64,000 nt of DNA, taken from NCBI GenBank assembly GCA_046290225.1, contig JBKAGE010000034.1, positions 512,001 through 576,000 of the forward strand. Reading direction: 5' to 3'. The notes under the pieces are model-generated. The model made no database searches, was not told the DNA's origin, and saw nothing but the letters and a program-made list of their open reading frames with translations. The translations under genes and the position numbers were made by a program. How positions within the stretch are numbered: position 1 is the stretch's first letter; every line of letters starts with the position of its first letter. Positions 56,501-64,000 of this stretch are shown here, one piece after another. The stretch comes from Bradymonadia bacterium. GTDB taxonomy: Bacteria > Myxococcota_A > Bradymonadia > UBA7976 > UBA1532.

Positions 56501-58273
56501 GTTCTCGTAATCGTTCAGGTGACGGGACTGAGCACGGTTGTAGTAGGTGTTGAACTCGGTGACCCAGTCGTGGCCCCCCATGTCGAGGAGCTCGGGGCTC
56601 CCCGTCCGGTAGCCCTTTTGATGAGAATACATCGCGTAGGTGTAGCCACAGGTGGGGGCGTTGTAGACCCCCACAGGCGTACCGCACAGATAGTCGCCCA
56701 GCTGAAAAAGCCCTGCCGTCCAGTGAATGCCTTGCAGGTTCGGCGTGGACCAGTGGCGGCTCGTGTACGACACATAACGGTTGTACATGTCGACCAGCTG
56801 GGTCTGGGTCAGGGTCGAATAGGGCGCGAAGGGCTGGGTGTTGTTGCGCTCCATGTTGTGGATGCCCAGCCAGCGTGCACCGACGAAGGCCCCACCGGTC
56901 AGGTGGAAGTCGTGCCGACTGCTGTTCTTGTGGCTCGTGCGATAGCTCGAAGCACCATGAATGCTCTGGTTCTCGTAGAGGTTGGTGGCGATGCGGTACT
57001 TGTGGCGGTTGTTGACGATGACCCCATAGGGTCCGCCAGCCACCTCGGCACTCTCGAGGCCGATGTAGGCCCACTGCGCCGTCGACGCATCCATACGATC
57101 GCATGTGGTGGGCGTCTGGTTGTTGCCGTAGAGCCAACCACCATAGGAGCAGCCCCCGTCGTGCTGGATGTAGCCGAGGTAGTCCACGATCTCCTGGACG
57201 TACTTCTCATAGGGCTGAGTGCGGATGGTGTTGTTGGCGTTGCCCACCTGCACAGGGGTCCCTGCGAGGCTGGGCAGCACGGTGGCGATGGACCCGAGGC
57301 CCAAGCCCACCATATAGGTGCCGCTGTTGTTTCCGATCCAGGCGCCGCCATTGTTGTTGGTGTTGGTGATGCGGTTGCAGCGACGCTCGCTGCCATCGGG
57401 GTTCCAGCCACAGGTGTTGTCTTCGTCACCTGAGCCGGCGATGGAGCCGCTGGTCCAGAGATAGGCCCCATCACCCACCTGGATCGAGAAGTTCAACCCT
57501 CGGGCGATGGTCTCTGCGTACGGATCGTCGTGCCAGCGCGTGTCATTGGCTTCGTGCCACCCTTCAGGTAAAGCCCGCCCAAAGGTGTTGATGCCCCCTG
57601 GTGGATAAGCAGGCTGGCGGCCGTTGGCGGTCATGGCCCAGACCATGGCCATGTTCGCCGCCGCCTGATACGTACCACCCCTGCTGTGGGGCAGCGCCGC
57701 GGTGATTGCGCCTCCGCTGCCGGCGTATTGCCCCATGTGCCGATGCAACCACCAGAGCGTCTCGTGCACGGTCAGGGTGGTCATGATGTCGAGCTGATCA
57801 CGGGTCCACTTCGTCGGATCAGACGAAGGGGTCCAGTCATAGACGAACATGCGGAAGGTGCCGAAGGTCTCCTCAGCAGGATTGCAACGGCTCACCGCCC
57901 GCACATCGATGGTGATCGTCTTGCCGTTGTCGACCGTGGGCACCTCGTAGGTGCGACCGAGATCATAGATCGTGTTCGTGCCGGCCACAGGCACGACGTG
58001 GCGGCTGGTCTCGTCTCCGAAATTACGGTTTCGGTTGGTGTCCCAGGCCACATCGTACCCCGCGCCACAGGTGGCGTTGCGCATGATGGCCTTCAGAGTG
58101 ATCCGGGCATACTCGTGCACCGGCCAGGGCAGCTCGAGATTGTTGGGCGCATATGGGACAGGCAGGATCTCGGGCGCTTGCGCCTGGGCATCTTCCGCGG
58201 TCCACATCACCCCCACCATGGCGAGTAAGACCAGTAATCGGGACGGGCCAGTCCGCGAACACACCTTCTCCAT
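50507..58273 (-). CDS. Giant secreted PKD-repeat protein (about 2590 aa): N-terminal helical prenyltransferase/terpene-cyclase-like region, PKD stalk, conserved Cys-containing C-terminal domain
   Basis: SD 'GGAGGG', signal peptide ending 'AQA-Q', more than 12 'Y.WD(L/F).GDG'/'AGGPY' PKD units, and 'GGWLY...DASTAQWAYIGL'. Confidence 0.85.
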   Translation of the reverse strand: MEKVCSRTGPSRLLVLLAMVGVMWTAEDAQAQAPEILPVPYAPNNLELPWPVHEYARITLKAIMRNATCGAGYDVAWDTNRNRNFGDETSRHVVPVAGTNTIYDLGRTYEVPTVDNGKTITIDVRAVSRCNPAEETFGTFRMFVYDWTPSSDPTKWTRDQLDIMTTLTVHETLWWLHRHMGQYAGSGGAITAALPHSRGGTYQAAANMAMVWAMTANGRQPAYPPGGINTFGRALPEGWHEANDTRWHDDPYAETIARGLNFSIQVGDGAYLWTSGSIAGSGDEDNTCGWNPDGSERRCNRITNTNNNGGAWIGNNSGTYMVGLGLGSIATVLPSLAGTPVQVGNANNTIRTQPYEKYVQEIVDYLGYIQHDGGCSYGGWLYGNNQTPTTCDRMDASTAQWAYIGLESAEVAGGPYGVIVNNRHKYRIATNLYENQSIHGASSYRTSHKNSSRHDFHLTGGAFVGARWLGIHNMERNNTQPFAPYSTLTQTQLVDMYNRYVSYTSRHWSTPNLQGIHWTAGLFQLGDYLCGTPVGVYNAPTCGYTYAMYSHQKGYRTGSPELLDMGGHDWVTEFNTYYNRAQSRHLNDYENFGIIRDTWSTNRSVTIDYAQPTLTTGWAGLTITPTLFKPKPVPLAAVQPNEVVEGCRGGGAGQVALDHRQSFHPNRDRQIATFQWDVDASDGLWWETGAPVDHQTNNGSTLINHTYDRAGIYTVTLRVLDDDPDGVSSEQTTTTVNVLRSPAAAPSALAGGPYTMEATASLSLQGSAEDANLNCGDTLTATWDLDNDGQYDDANGLNPQVPWDRLSTLPLGVEHTIRLRVVDGTDRVAVAQGTLTIYPRDPIAVPRVNPQPAACLQPVRFNGDDSSHPNPERRIVRYAWDVHPDPGFEGVGGNSDFSYTYNRFSTFPASLTVTDDRGRTHTTNFNVAVTEGNRSPTAATTQAIYTVTDGSSLLVDGSPSSDPDFRCGDSIVEYAWDIDNNGSFDDAGDLRGQRITLPWAVLSEMSWPADRETGDPTNLIALRVTDSQGASHVTQAGIRIYQTRPVPLMFQSPDPGTINPLNNESRITLDARASYSPVPGLEIVEFDWDLNDDGVFETQDSPTTELVRVFAPLPDQPPLVFVRLRVRDAEGRSNSIREQVLIGLPDLTPPTAVAHPDERVGGPNVGGPINGSGGGYHLFVGEATELDASASFDPDPADFIRFYRWDLNDDGVWDIVVEDDDGDGEEAVVDVSVEAMADAGWIEPGTYRVTLEVEDLTGRTNTAETEATLHLPDPVAVAVVGPNPAECEGLVSFDASGSTQPHPEVDVVSWTWDLDGDGEYDDAVGERVTSRFGAYTFDGPLALGLRVEDSQGHSATMPFTVDVTEGNRSPQADASGPYTIALGDSVRVDGRRSRDPDADCDDTIVGYRWDLDGDGTFDVNGAYPLISPAMLSQAGLDAPGQYNITLAVEDRFGRVATDTTRLWISGPPVAVAQASQASAGCNEQVRFSGTNSIVDAPAGDDDFEIVEYLWDMDGDGTFERSGAEISHPIIAQSQVTATLRVVDAQGRSSTDQVTVGVDIANVRPVADAGGPYVTARVRGVFASVDLDARASFDPNAPCDNIIAYAWDTDNDGLYGADDINGAGELNGSDYVGEIIRNYRSPDWRTGTTQVVRVRGRDVFGEWSASAEAEVRVRLKLPPAGELLWPRGGDCVGVAPGPFRVSLRQQGGGAVGVLAKVDGLIVGAANVVLPEDGSALEVEIPINAAQAVEGSRTVVITATNDEGESADITPGGLVAFDRTAPVIGVNPLLVEGACFEPGRVPEASVLAVDVVDPAPRITQEISEDACLRTLQITAVDACGNESSLTRNWLMAEEVPFSLEGPENGDVVPEASFSWDVEAPAACVAGQSASVQVGALNLVYAQGSALALPGQYRFELSLFNCHGDRYTQQRNFRVNNPPIVVAGGPYVGAEGRPITLIGSGSEPPELEDQVVFFEWDMNLDGVYELVGEEVAFVPLDSGEYTGSLRVTDSFGTSATGPVNVSVREVAPIVSPGGPYSGLQGRPIEFDARATRPGSQADLITEYIWDFGDGSPEVSGANLTQPVHTYAQNGVYTVVLTVRDEDGATTQLVPVEIRDAIPIISDIEVPEDIYEAAMWTFSIEAEAGEEGDPLQSITWDFGDGSDPISGEDLNEVQHSWRDTGVYTVTVTVGDTDSVVVQTQDILVRPISMSETLQLVGERAGALDDGPLVASVLGNLEPWIELGLWGESNLRRGNTLVATRVMINLMVSAQGLGARLDDTLWILMRQHMRALDEQWLIMVEPPVGDPVVDLEHPSVGRARDFLDAGRAMFEDPDFEGWVSGGIQAFAANDLWQSLNEAWFYMHDAADACRQRSYNNFAIPDIEDLVDRSLATQPVNDDLNQAIAGLGLELQAYAELDLTGPGRESVIDALVTLRDIQTRLAVPVGVECEDELCIGDRDALELVLDLMDLSSSLYGANTEGVYVRNWQACLAEAVRFRTGLSEMRLEFICGPNNPVTLQVKVLRESGLRLLNERDDVVGALELFQARSTRCTAIWSYNECLVPAFRDINPPYPNPEFCADVFEPGPDDGQPEGD

Positions 58274-58519
58274 GATCACCCTCCATCTCGGACAGCGAGA
58301 CAGTCTGTGAAAATGGGCGCTGCGCACATGTCTGACGACATACACAACACACCCAGGATGATGATGGTCCCCCTCAGGGCCCAGGTGTGTCAACCATGGT
58401 GAAATGACGGCGAATGTAAGACTTTGAGATCAAAGGTAAGTCTAAGGAGGAGGGACCCGCCTTCTCCGGCGGGTTTCAGGTCGGACAAAAAACCACAAAC
58501 ACATACCCATGTATGCGGG

Positions 58520-61500
58520 TCAGTCCCCTGGTGCTTGTCCGTCACCACCGGCCTGAGCGGCGGTGCCGTCGTCCTCACAGTACTCCGGGTTGGGGTAGCT
58601 GGCGTTGAGGTTCGGGAAGGCCGGTACCAGACAGCTGTTGTAAGCCCAGACTGCCAGGCAACGGGTCGAACGCGCCTGGAAGTAGTCCAGGGCAGCGACG
58701 ACGTCGGACTCCTCGTCCACCAGGCGCAGGCCATTGGCCCGGGTCACACGAGCCCGGAGCGTCACGGGGCTGAAGGGTCCACAGACATACTCCAGGCGCA
58801 TCTCCGACAAAGCGGTCCGGAACTTCACGCCTTCTACGAGGCAGGCCTGCCAGTTGCGCACATAGGCCCCTTCGTTCGCCGCAGCGGTCAACTCCGTCGA
58901 CAAGTTCATCAGCTGCACCAGCAGTTCCAGAGCGTCGCGATCGCTGATGCAGTTGTTGTCCTCACACTCCAGGCCCACAGGAGTGGCCAACTGGGCTTGG
59001 ATGGCCCGCAGATCCTGCAGCGCGTTGAGCACCTCTGCACGGCCAGGGGCGTCGAGGCCGAGCTCGGCGTATTGCTGCAGCTCCAAGGCCAGCAGCGCCA
59101 CGGCCTCGTTGAGGTCCTCGTTGATGGCCTGCGCTGCGCTGGCCCGCTCGATGAGATCCCGAACGAAGGGGATCTCGAAGTTGTTGTACTTGGTGGCCTT
59201 GCAGGGGTGTGCGGCGTCTGCGAGGTAGAACCACGCCTCGTTGAGCGACAAGGAGATGTCGTTGGCCATGAAGGCCTGCAGCGGGTTCGACAATGTGGCC
59301 TCGATGTTGTCTCCCTTCATCATGTCCTCGGTGAGGCCCAGGTAGACATCGGCCTGCGCCACGCTGGGGTGGTCCGCAGGGAACTGGTCTGCATCGTCGC
59401 CCACGAGTCGGGCCCGCTCTGCCAGGACCTTGCGCTCCGCCTGACGCATGATCAGGTAGAGCGTGTCGTCGAGTTCGGCGCCGAGTGCCATGGCGTTCAC
59501 CAGGATCGAGACAATCTGCTTCACGGCGAGCATCGTGTTGCCGCCCTTGCCGTTGGCCTCGCCCCACATGGCCATATCCATCCAGGGCTCGATGGCCTCG
59601 AGGGCCTGGGCCACCAGCGGACCGTCGTCGTTGGCCTCCAGGCGAGCGTCTACCTCGGTGAGCAGCTCGGCCATGGTGGCCTCTCTCACCTGAACCTCAA
59701 CGCTCTGAATGCCCACAGAGTCACCATCGCTCACAGTGACGGTGACCGTGTAGGTGCCTGCATCACGCCAGGCATGCTGCACCGAGGAGAGCTCTGCGCC
59801 GGTGACGGGCTCGGAGCCATCGCCGAAGTCCCAGGTGTAACTCTCAATCGGGTCGTCCACGCCGCCAGCGTTGGCCGTGATGCTGAAGGTCAGCGCGGTG
59901 ATCTCGTAGGGATCCTCCGGGGCCTCGATGTCGGAGAGCTGAGGCAACGCGTCGAGCACGATGACCGGCACGATGACGCTGGTGCTGGTGTCTTCGTCGT
60001 GCACGGTGAGCCGTACGTTGTAGACGCCGTTCTGAGCGTAGGTGTGCCGGGGCTGGGTCAAGGTGTTGCCCGAGAGGGTGGTCCCATCGCCAAAGTCCCA
60101 ATCGAAGCGCGTCAACAAGTCGGTGGGCGAGCCGGGTCGTGAGCCACGGGCATCGAACTCTACCACGTGGCCCTGAGGCACCTTGTAAGGACCACCAGCG
60201 TCGACGATGGGATCCACCTCGATGACGTCCACCACCACGGCGGCGGTGTCGCTGGCCCCGAAGCTGTCGGTGACCCGCAGACGGCCCGTGATCCGGCCGG
60301 CGTCGGAGGCCACGAAGTTGATGGTCTCACCGGCGAACTCATACTCACCGTCGCGATCCATGTCCCACTCGTAGAGGGCGATGAAGTCCTCCGCCTCCGG
60401 GGACTGGGACTGACCACCATTGAGCACGATGACCCGGCCCTCACTGCCCTGATAGCTGCCACCGGTCATGGCCACGGGGGGTGCGTTGATGCGGAAGGTC
60501 CGTTGACGGCCATAGGGCACCCCACGGCAGTCGCTCAACAACAGGTCGAACCGGTAGAGGCCGGCAGCCTGCACCCTGGCACCTTCGACATAGGGGAAGG
60601 CTGTCGCGCCATCGAGGTTCATGGTGGCCGACTCGCTGGCCACGCACTGGGCGGGCACGTCGAGCGACCATGTGTAGGTGGCGCTGGACACCACGTCACC
60701 GTTCGCAGGGCCGACGATCTCCGGCTCCGCCTGCTCGGCCATGAGCCAGCTCCGCTGAAGCGTGGAGCGGTTGCCACAGGCGTCAGTTGCAGCGATGTCG
60801 AGGGTCCGGATACAGGCCTCTGCGCTCACCCCCTGCTCCACTGCGGGGGCGGGGTCGAGGGCGTCGCTCACCTGAAGCTCGAGACCCGGAACCTGTCCCT
60901 CTGCGTAGCAGGCACCCTCGGTGAGGGCTGCGTTGATCGCGATGACGGGGCCGGTGCGGTCGAAGGCCACCTGACCACCGGAGTTGACCACGGACTCCTG
61001 GCCCTCGTCGTCGAGGAGGACCACGGTGACCGCCGCCATGCCCTCGGGGGCCAGAGTAGTGTCCACATCGATGTCGGCGCTCACGGCGCTGCCGTCCGCT
61101 GGGAGGTTCACGACCGTGCTGCCCACCTCGACGCCGCCGACCTTGGCGGTGAGGGTGACCTCACCCCCATCAGGCTGACGGACCGAGACCTGGAACGGAT
61201 CAGCATCCTCGGGCACACAGTCGCCACCTCGGGGCCAGAGGATCTCGCCCAGTGGGGGCAGCTTGGACCGGACCCGGATCTCCGCCTCCGCTGGCTCGGA
61301 CCAGAGGCCGAACACATCGAGGGCCTTGAGGCGTACCACCTGAGTGGTCCCCGTTCGCCAACCCGGGTTGATGTATCCCTGGACCTGAGCACCAACATAG
61401 TCGCTGCCTACGAGGGCGCCGGCGCCATCCACGTCGTCCGCGCCGTAGAGACCGTCGTTGTCAGTGTCCCACGCGTAGGTCTGGATGTGATCACAGGGGG

Positions 61501-64000
61501 CGTTGGGCTCCAGACTGCCACGGGCGTCGAGATCGACACCGGCGAAGGTGCCGTCCACCTGCGCGGTGATGTACGGCCCACCGGCATCAGCCACGGGGCG
61601 CACATTGGCCACGTTGACGGCCACAGTGACGGTGTCGGTGTCGGTCCTGCCGAGGGCGTCGATGACCATCAGCGTCGCGGTCACCGAGTCTTCGGCCACG
61701 ACGGCGTCGAGCACGGTCTCGCCGCTGCGCTCGAAGATGCCGTCGCCGTCCATGTCCCATCGATACTCTTCAATGGCGAAGCGCCCATCACCTTCGGGCC
61801 CATCGTGCGTGCTGTTGGCGCCAGTGAAGGACACCTGCTCGTTGCACGACGCGCTGGCCTTGGAGGCCTGTGCCTGTGCAGTGGGGGTGCCCACCAGCCA
61901 GATCCGAGCCCGATCAGTGGCGGTGCGACCAAAGCGGTCCACCACCTCGAGGGTTACCTCGTACTCGCCCGGTGCCCCCATGCCAAAGCCAGCCAGCTGG
62001 GCCGCGCTCACGTTGAACTGAGCGCCCTGAACGTCAGAGCTGCCATCTCCATCGAGATCCCACTGATAGCGCAGGATGCTGTCGCCACAGCTGGCATCGG
62101 GATCCGCTGAGGCGGACCCGTCGAGGGCCACGCTGCCACCATAGGGCACGACATACTGACCCGCCTCGGGCACCGGAGCGCGGTTCCCCTCGCTCACCAC
62201 CACGGTGGTCGTCGCCCGAGCGCGATGGCCGGCAGAGTCTTCCACCTCGACGCCCACCGTCAGGGGACCGCCGAAAGTGAACTGCCCAAAGCGGGTGGTA
62301 AGCACCTCGCCGACGCCATCGTCGTACACGCCGTCGCCATCGAGGTCCCAGCGCCAGCTCACCACGTCCACGTCGGGGTGGGCATGCTCGGCTTCACTGG
62401 CATCGAGGACCACCTGACCATTGCAGGCAGCAGGGCTGGGGTTCGCCGTCACCGACACAGTGGGATCACGGGGATACACAGTGAGGGTGGTGGTGGACTG
62501 CGCCGTCTGCCCGGACTCGCTCTCCACCTCGAGGGTGAACTCGTAGTCGCCGGGCTTGTCGAGGCCGAGCTGCTCGGCGAGCGCCGCAGGGATCTTGAGC
62601 ACCGCCTCGGCGCCGTCACCATCAGCATCTTCGGCGACAATGTCCCACTCGCCGTCACCATTGAGATCCCACCGGTAGTAGCGGATGCGATCCTCGGCAT
62701 CAGGGTCGAAGGACTCCGAAGCGTCGAGCTCGATCTCCTCGATGCCCTCTTCGTGGTGCACGATGGTGCGCTGCGTCCGGGCGCCAGAGGCCGTCTCGAC
62801 CTCCACGATGATCGAATGGCTCCCCTTCCGGTCCAGGCCGTAGAGGGCCTTGATGTCGGGGGTCAGGGTCAGCTCACCCTCGGCGCCGTCGCCGTTCTCG
62901 TCAGCGCGCTCGATGTCCCACACACCATCCGCGTCGAGATCCCACCGGTAGAAGGCCGGGGGATCTTCAGCATCAGGGGGCACGATGTCACCGGTGTCCA
63001 GCTCCACTGACTCCCCTTCCGACTCCACGTGGTACAGCACAGTGCCGGTGCCGGTGGATCCGTTGGGGTAGACGATCTGAAGGCCGACTTCGTGACTGCC
63101 TGGCTTGTCGAGGCCGAACTCCACCACCTGCTCGGGGGTGAGCACGAGGGTGGCCTCAGCACCATCTCCGTTGTCGTCCCGCTGCTCCACGTCGTAGTCG
63201 CCGTCGCCGTCGAGATCCCACCGGTAGCGGGTCGAGGGGGCGGGGTTGTGGTCGATGACGTCCCGAGAGTCGATCTGCATGCCGTCGTCGCCATCATCGA
63301 CGTGCTGGGTGAAGCTGGAGTTGGTCTGCTGACCATCTGCATTCTCCACCTGCACAGTGATGGTGTGGCTGCCCTCGGTGTCGAGGCCGTAGCGCTCAGC
63401 CTGCTCCGGCGTCAGGGCCAGGATCGCCTCGGCGCCGTCGCCGTCCTCGTCTACCCGAACGATGTCCCACTCGCCGTCACCGTCGAGATCCCATCGGTAG
63501 ATGGTGAGGGGGCCTGCGTCTTCGGGATCCACCACTGAGGGGGTGTCAATGACCACGCCATTCTCTGGCGCGTCGACAGAGACCACCACCTTGCCCGTCG
63601 TCCTGTTGCCGGAAGCCGTCACCACCTCGATGGTGATCTCCTGCTCCCCGGTGTGGTCGAGGCCATACTCTCGGGCCATCTCATCGGTGATCTCCAACTC
63701 GGGATCGGCCTGCTCGACATCAAAGGTGCCGTCACCATCCAGGTCCCACCGGTACAGCACCGGCGGATCTGCAGGGTTGCGATCCACCACGTCGTCGGCG
63801 TCGAGGTTCATCCCCTCTTCAGGATCCCCCACCCACTGCACATAGGTCACCGTCCGCTGCTGACCATCCGCGGTCTCGGTCTGCACGCTGATCTGATGGG
63901 CGCCGTTCTGATCGAGGCCGTACTGAGCTTGCTGATCCAAGGTGAGCACCAGGGTGGCCTCGGCGCCGTCGCCATCTTCGTCCACCTGCTCGACGTCGAA
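58520..64000 (-). CDS. Giant PKD-repeat protein, paralogue of 50507-58273; 5' end outside the window
   Basis: Frame is open to base 64000. The last about 1300 aa are collinear with the neighbour (e.g. 'YAWDTDNDGLYGADD', 'RNWQACL.E.V.FRT.LSEMRLE'). Confidence 0.88.
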   Translation of the reverse strand, partial: FDVEQVDEDGDGAEATLVLTLDQQAQYGLDQNGAHQISVQTETADGQQRTVTYVQWVGDPEEGMNLDADDVVDRNPADPPVLYRWDLDGDGTFDVEQADPELEITDEMAREYGLDHTGEQEITIEVVTASGNRTTGKVVVSVDAPENGVVIDTPSVVDPEDAGPLTIYRWDLDGDGEWDIVRVDEDGDGAEAILALTPEQAERYGLDTEGSHTITVQVENADGQQTNSSFTQHVDDGDDGMQIDSRDVIDHNPAPSTRYRWDLDGDGDYDVEQRDDNGDGAEATLVLTPEQVVEFGLDKPGSHEVGLQIVYPNGSTGTGTVLYHVESEGESVELDTGDIVPPDAEDPPAFYRWDLDADGVWDIERADENGDGAEGELTLTPDIKALYGLDRKGSHSIIVEVETASGARTQRTIVHHEEGIEEIELDASESFDPDAEDRIRYYRWDLNGDGEWDIVAEDADGDGAEAVLKIPAALAEQLGLDKPGDYEFTLEVESESGQTAQSTTTLTVYPRDPTVSVTANPSPAACNGQVVLDASEAEHAHPDVDVVSWRWDLDGDGVYDDGVGEVLTTRFGQFTFGGPLTVGVEVEDSAGHRARATTTVVVSEGNRAPVPEAGQYVVPYGGSVALDGSASADPDASCGDSILRYQWDLDGDGSSDVQGAQFNVSAAQLAGFGMGAPGEYEVTLEVVDRFGRTATDRARIWLVGTPTAQAQASKASASCNEQVSFTGANSTHDGPEGDGRFAIEEYRWDMDGDGIFERSGETVLDAVVAEDSVTATLMVIDALGRTDTDTVTVAVNVANVRPVADAGGPYITAQVDGTFAGVDLDARGSLEPNAPCDHIQTYAWDTDNDGLYGADDVDGAGALVGSDYVGAQVQGYINPGWRTGTTQVVRLKALDVFGLWSEPAEAEIRVRSKLPPLGEILWPRGGDCVPEDADPFQVSVRQPDGGEVTLTAKVGGVEVGSTVVNLPADGSAVSADIDVDTTLAPEGMAAVTVVLLDDEGQESVVNSGGQVAFDRTGPVIAINAALTEGACYAEGQVPGLELQVSDALDPAPAVEQGVSAEACIRTLDIAATDACGNRSTLQRSWLMAEQAEPEIVGPANGDVVSSATYTWSLDVPAQCVASESATMNLDGATAFPYVEGARVQAAGLYRFDLLLSDCRGVPYGRQRTFRINAPPVAMTGGSYQGSEGRVIVLNGGQSQSPEAEDFIALYEWDMDRDGEYEFAGETINFVASDAGRITGRLRVTDSFGASDTAAVVVDVIEVDPIVDAGGPYKVPQGHVVEFDARGSRPGSPTDLLTRFDWDFGDGTTLSGNTLTQPRHTYAQNGVYNVRLTVHDEDTSTSVIVPVIVLDALPQLSDIEAPEDPYEITALTFSITANAGGVDDPIESYTWDFGDGSEPVTGAELSSVQHAWRDAGTYTVTVTVSDGDSVGIQSVEVQVREATMAELLTEVDARLEANDDGPLVAQALEAIEPWMDMAMWGEANGKGGNTMLAVKQIVSILVNAMALGAELDDTLYLIMRQAERKVLAERARLVGDDADQFPADHPSVAQADVYLGLTEDMMKGDNIEATLSNPLQAFMANDISLSLNEAWFYLADAAHPCKATKYNNFEIPFVRDLIERASAAQAINEDLNEAVALLALELQQYAELGLDAPGRAEVLNALQDLRAIQAQLATPVGLECEDNNCISDRDALELLVQLMNLSTELTAAANEGAYVRNWQACLVEGVKFRTALSEMRLEYVCGPFSPVTLRARVTRANGLRLVDEESDVVAALDYFQARSTRCLAVWAYNSCLVPAFPNLNASYPNPEYCEDDGTAAQAGGDGQAPGD

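Noticed and set aside
52496..57433. 1645-aa plus-strand ORF
   Set aside because: Antisense shadow of the giant PKD gene, with typical H/V/G/R-rich shadow composition.

Overview
High-GC (roughly 65-70% by eye) bacterial chromosomal segment whose gene content looks like Myxococcota or a related former delta-proteobacterium: Gly-rich and Cys-rich lipoproteins, a multi-domain DsbA, giant PKD proteins and crtD/crtC. The taxonomy is an inference. Most of the window is housekeeping: dksA, trmB, recJ, queA-tgt-(hypothetical)-yajC-secD-secF, ppx/ppk1/sixA, trmO, glpAB-like genes, aspS and an EfpL-type EF-P paralogue. There is also a partial carotenoid glycoside-ester cluster, an SF2 helicase + DUF932-like + WYL regulator module, and two tandem giant PKD-repeat paralogues, the second truncated by the window end. 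The strongest unexplained signal is a dispersed non-coding element in three copies (about 6298-6500 minus, 36944-37113 plus, 50236-50432 plus). Each copy has the same geometry: 53-nt arm, 33-nt conserved core, 53-nt arm. The arm sequences diverge between copies but keep pairing through strand-specific G.U pairs, the core hairpin covaries, and each copy points into the stop-codon end of a convergent gene. No rRNA, tRNA, cas gene, canonical CRISPR array or transposase was recognised. All family calls come from motifs read by eye, without database searches.
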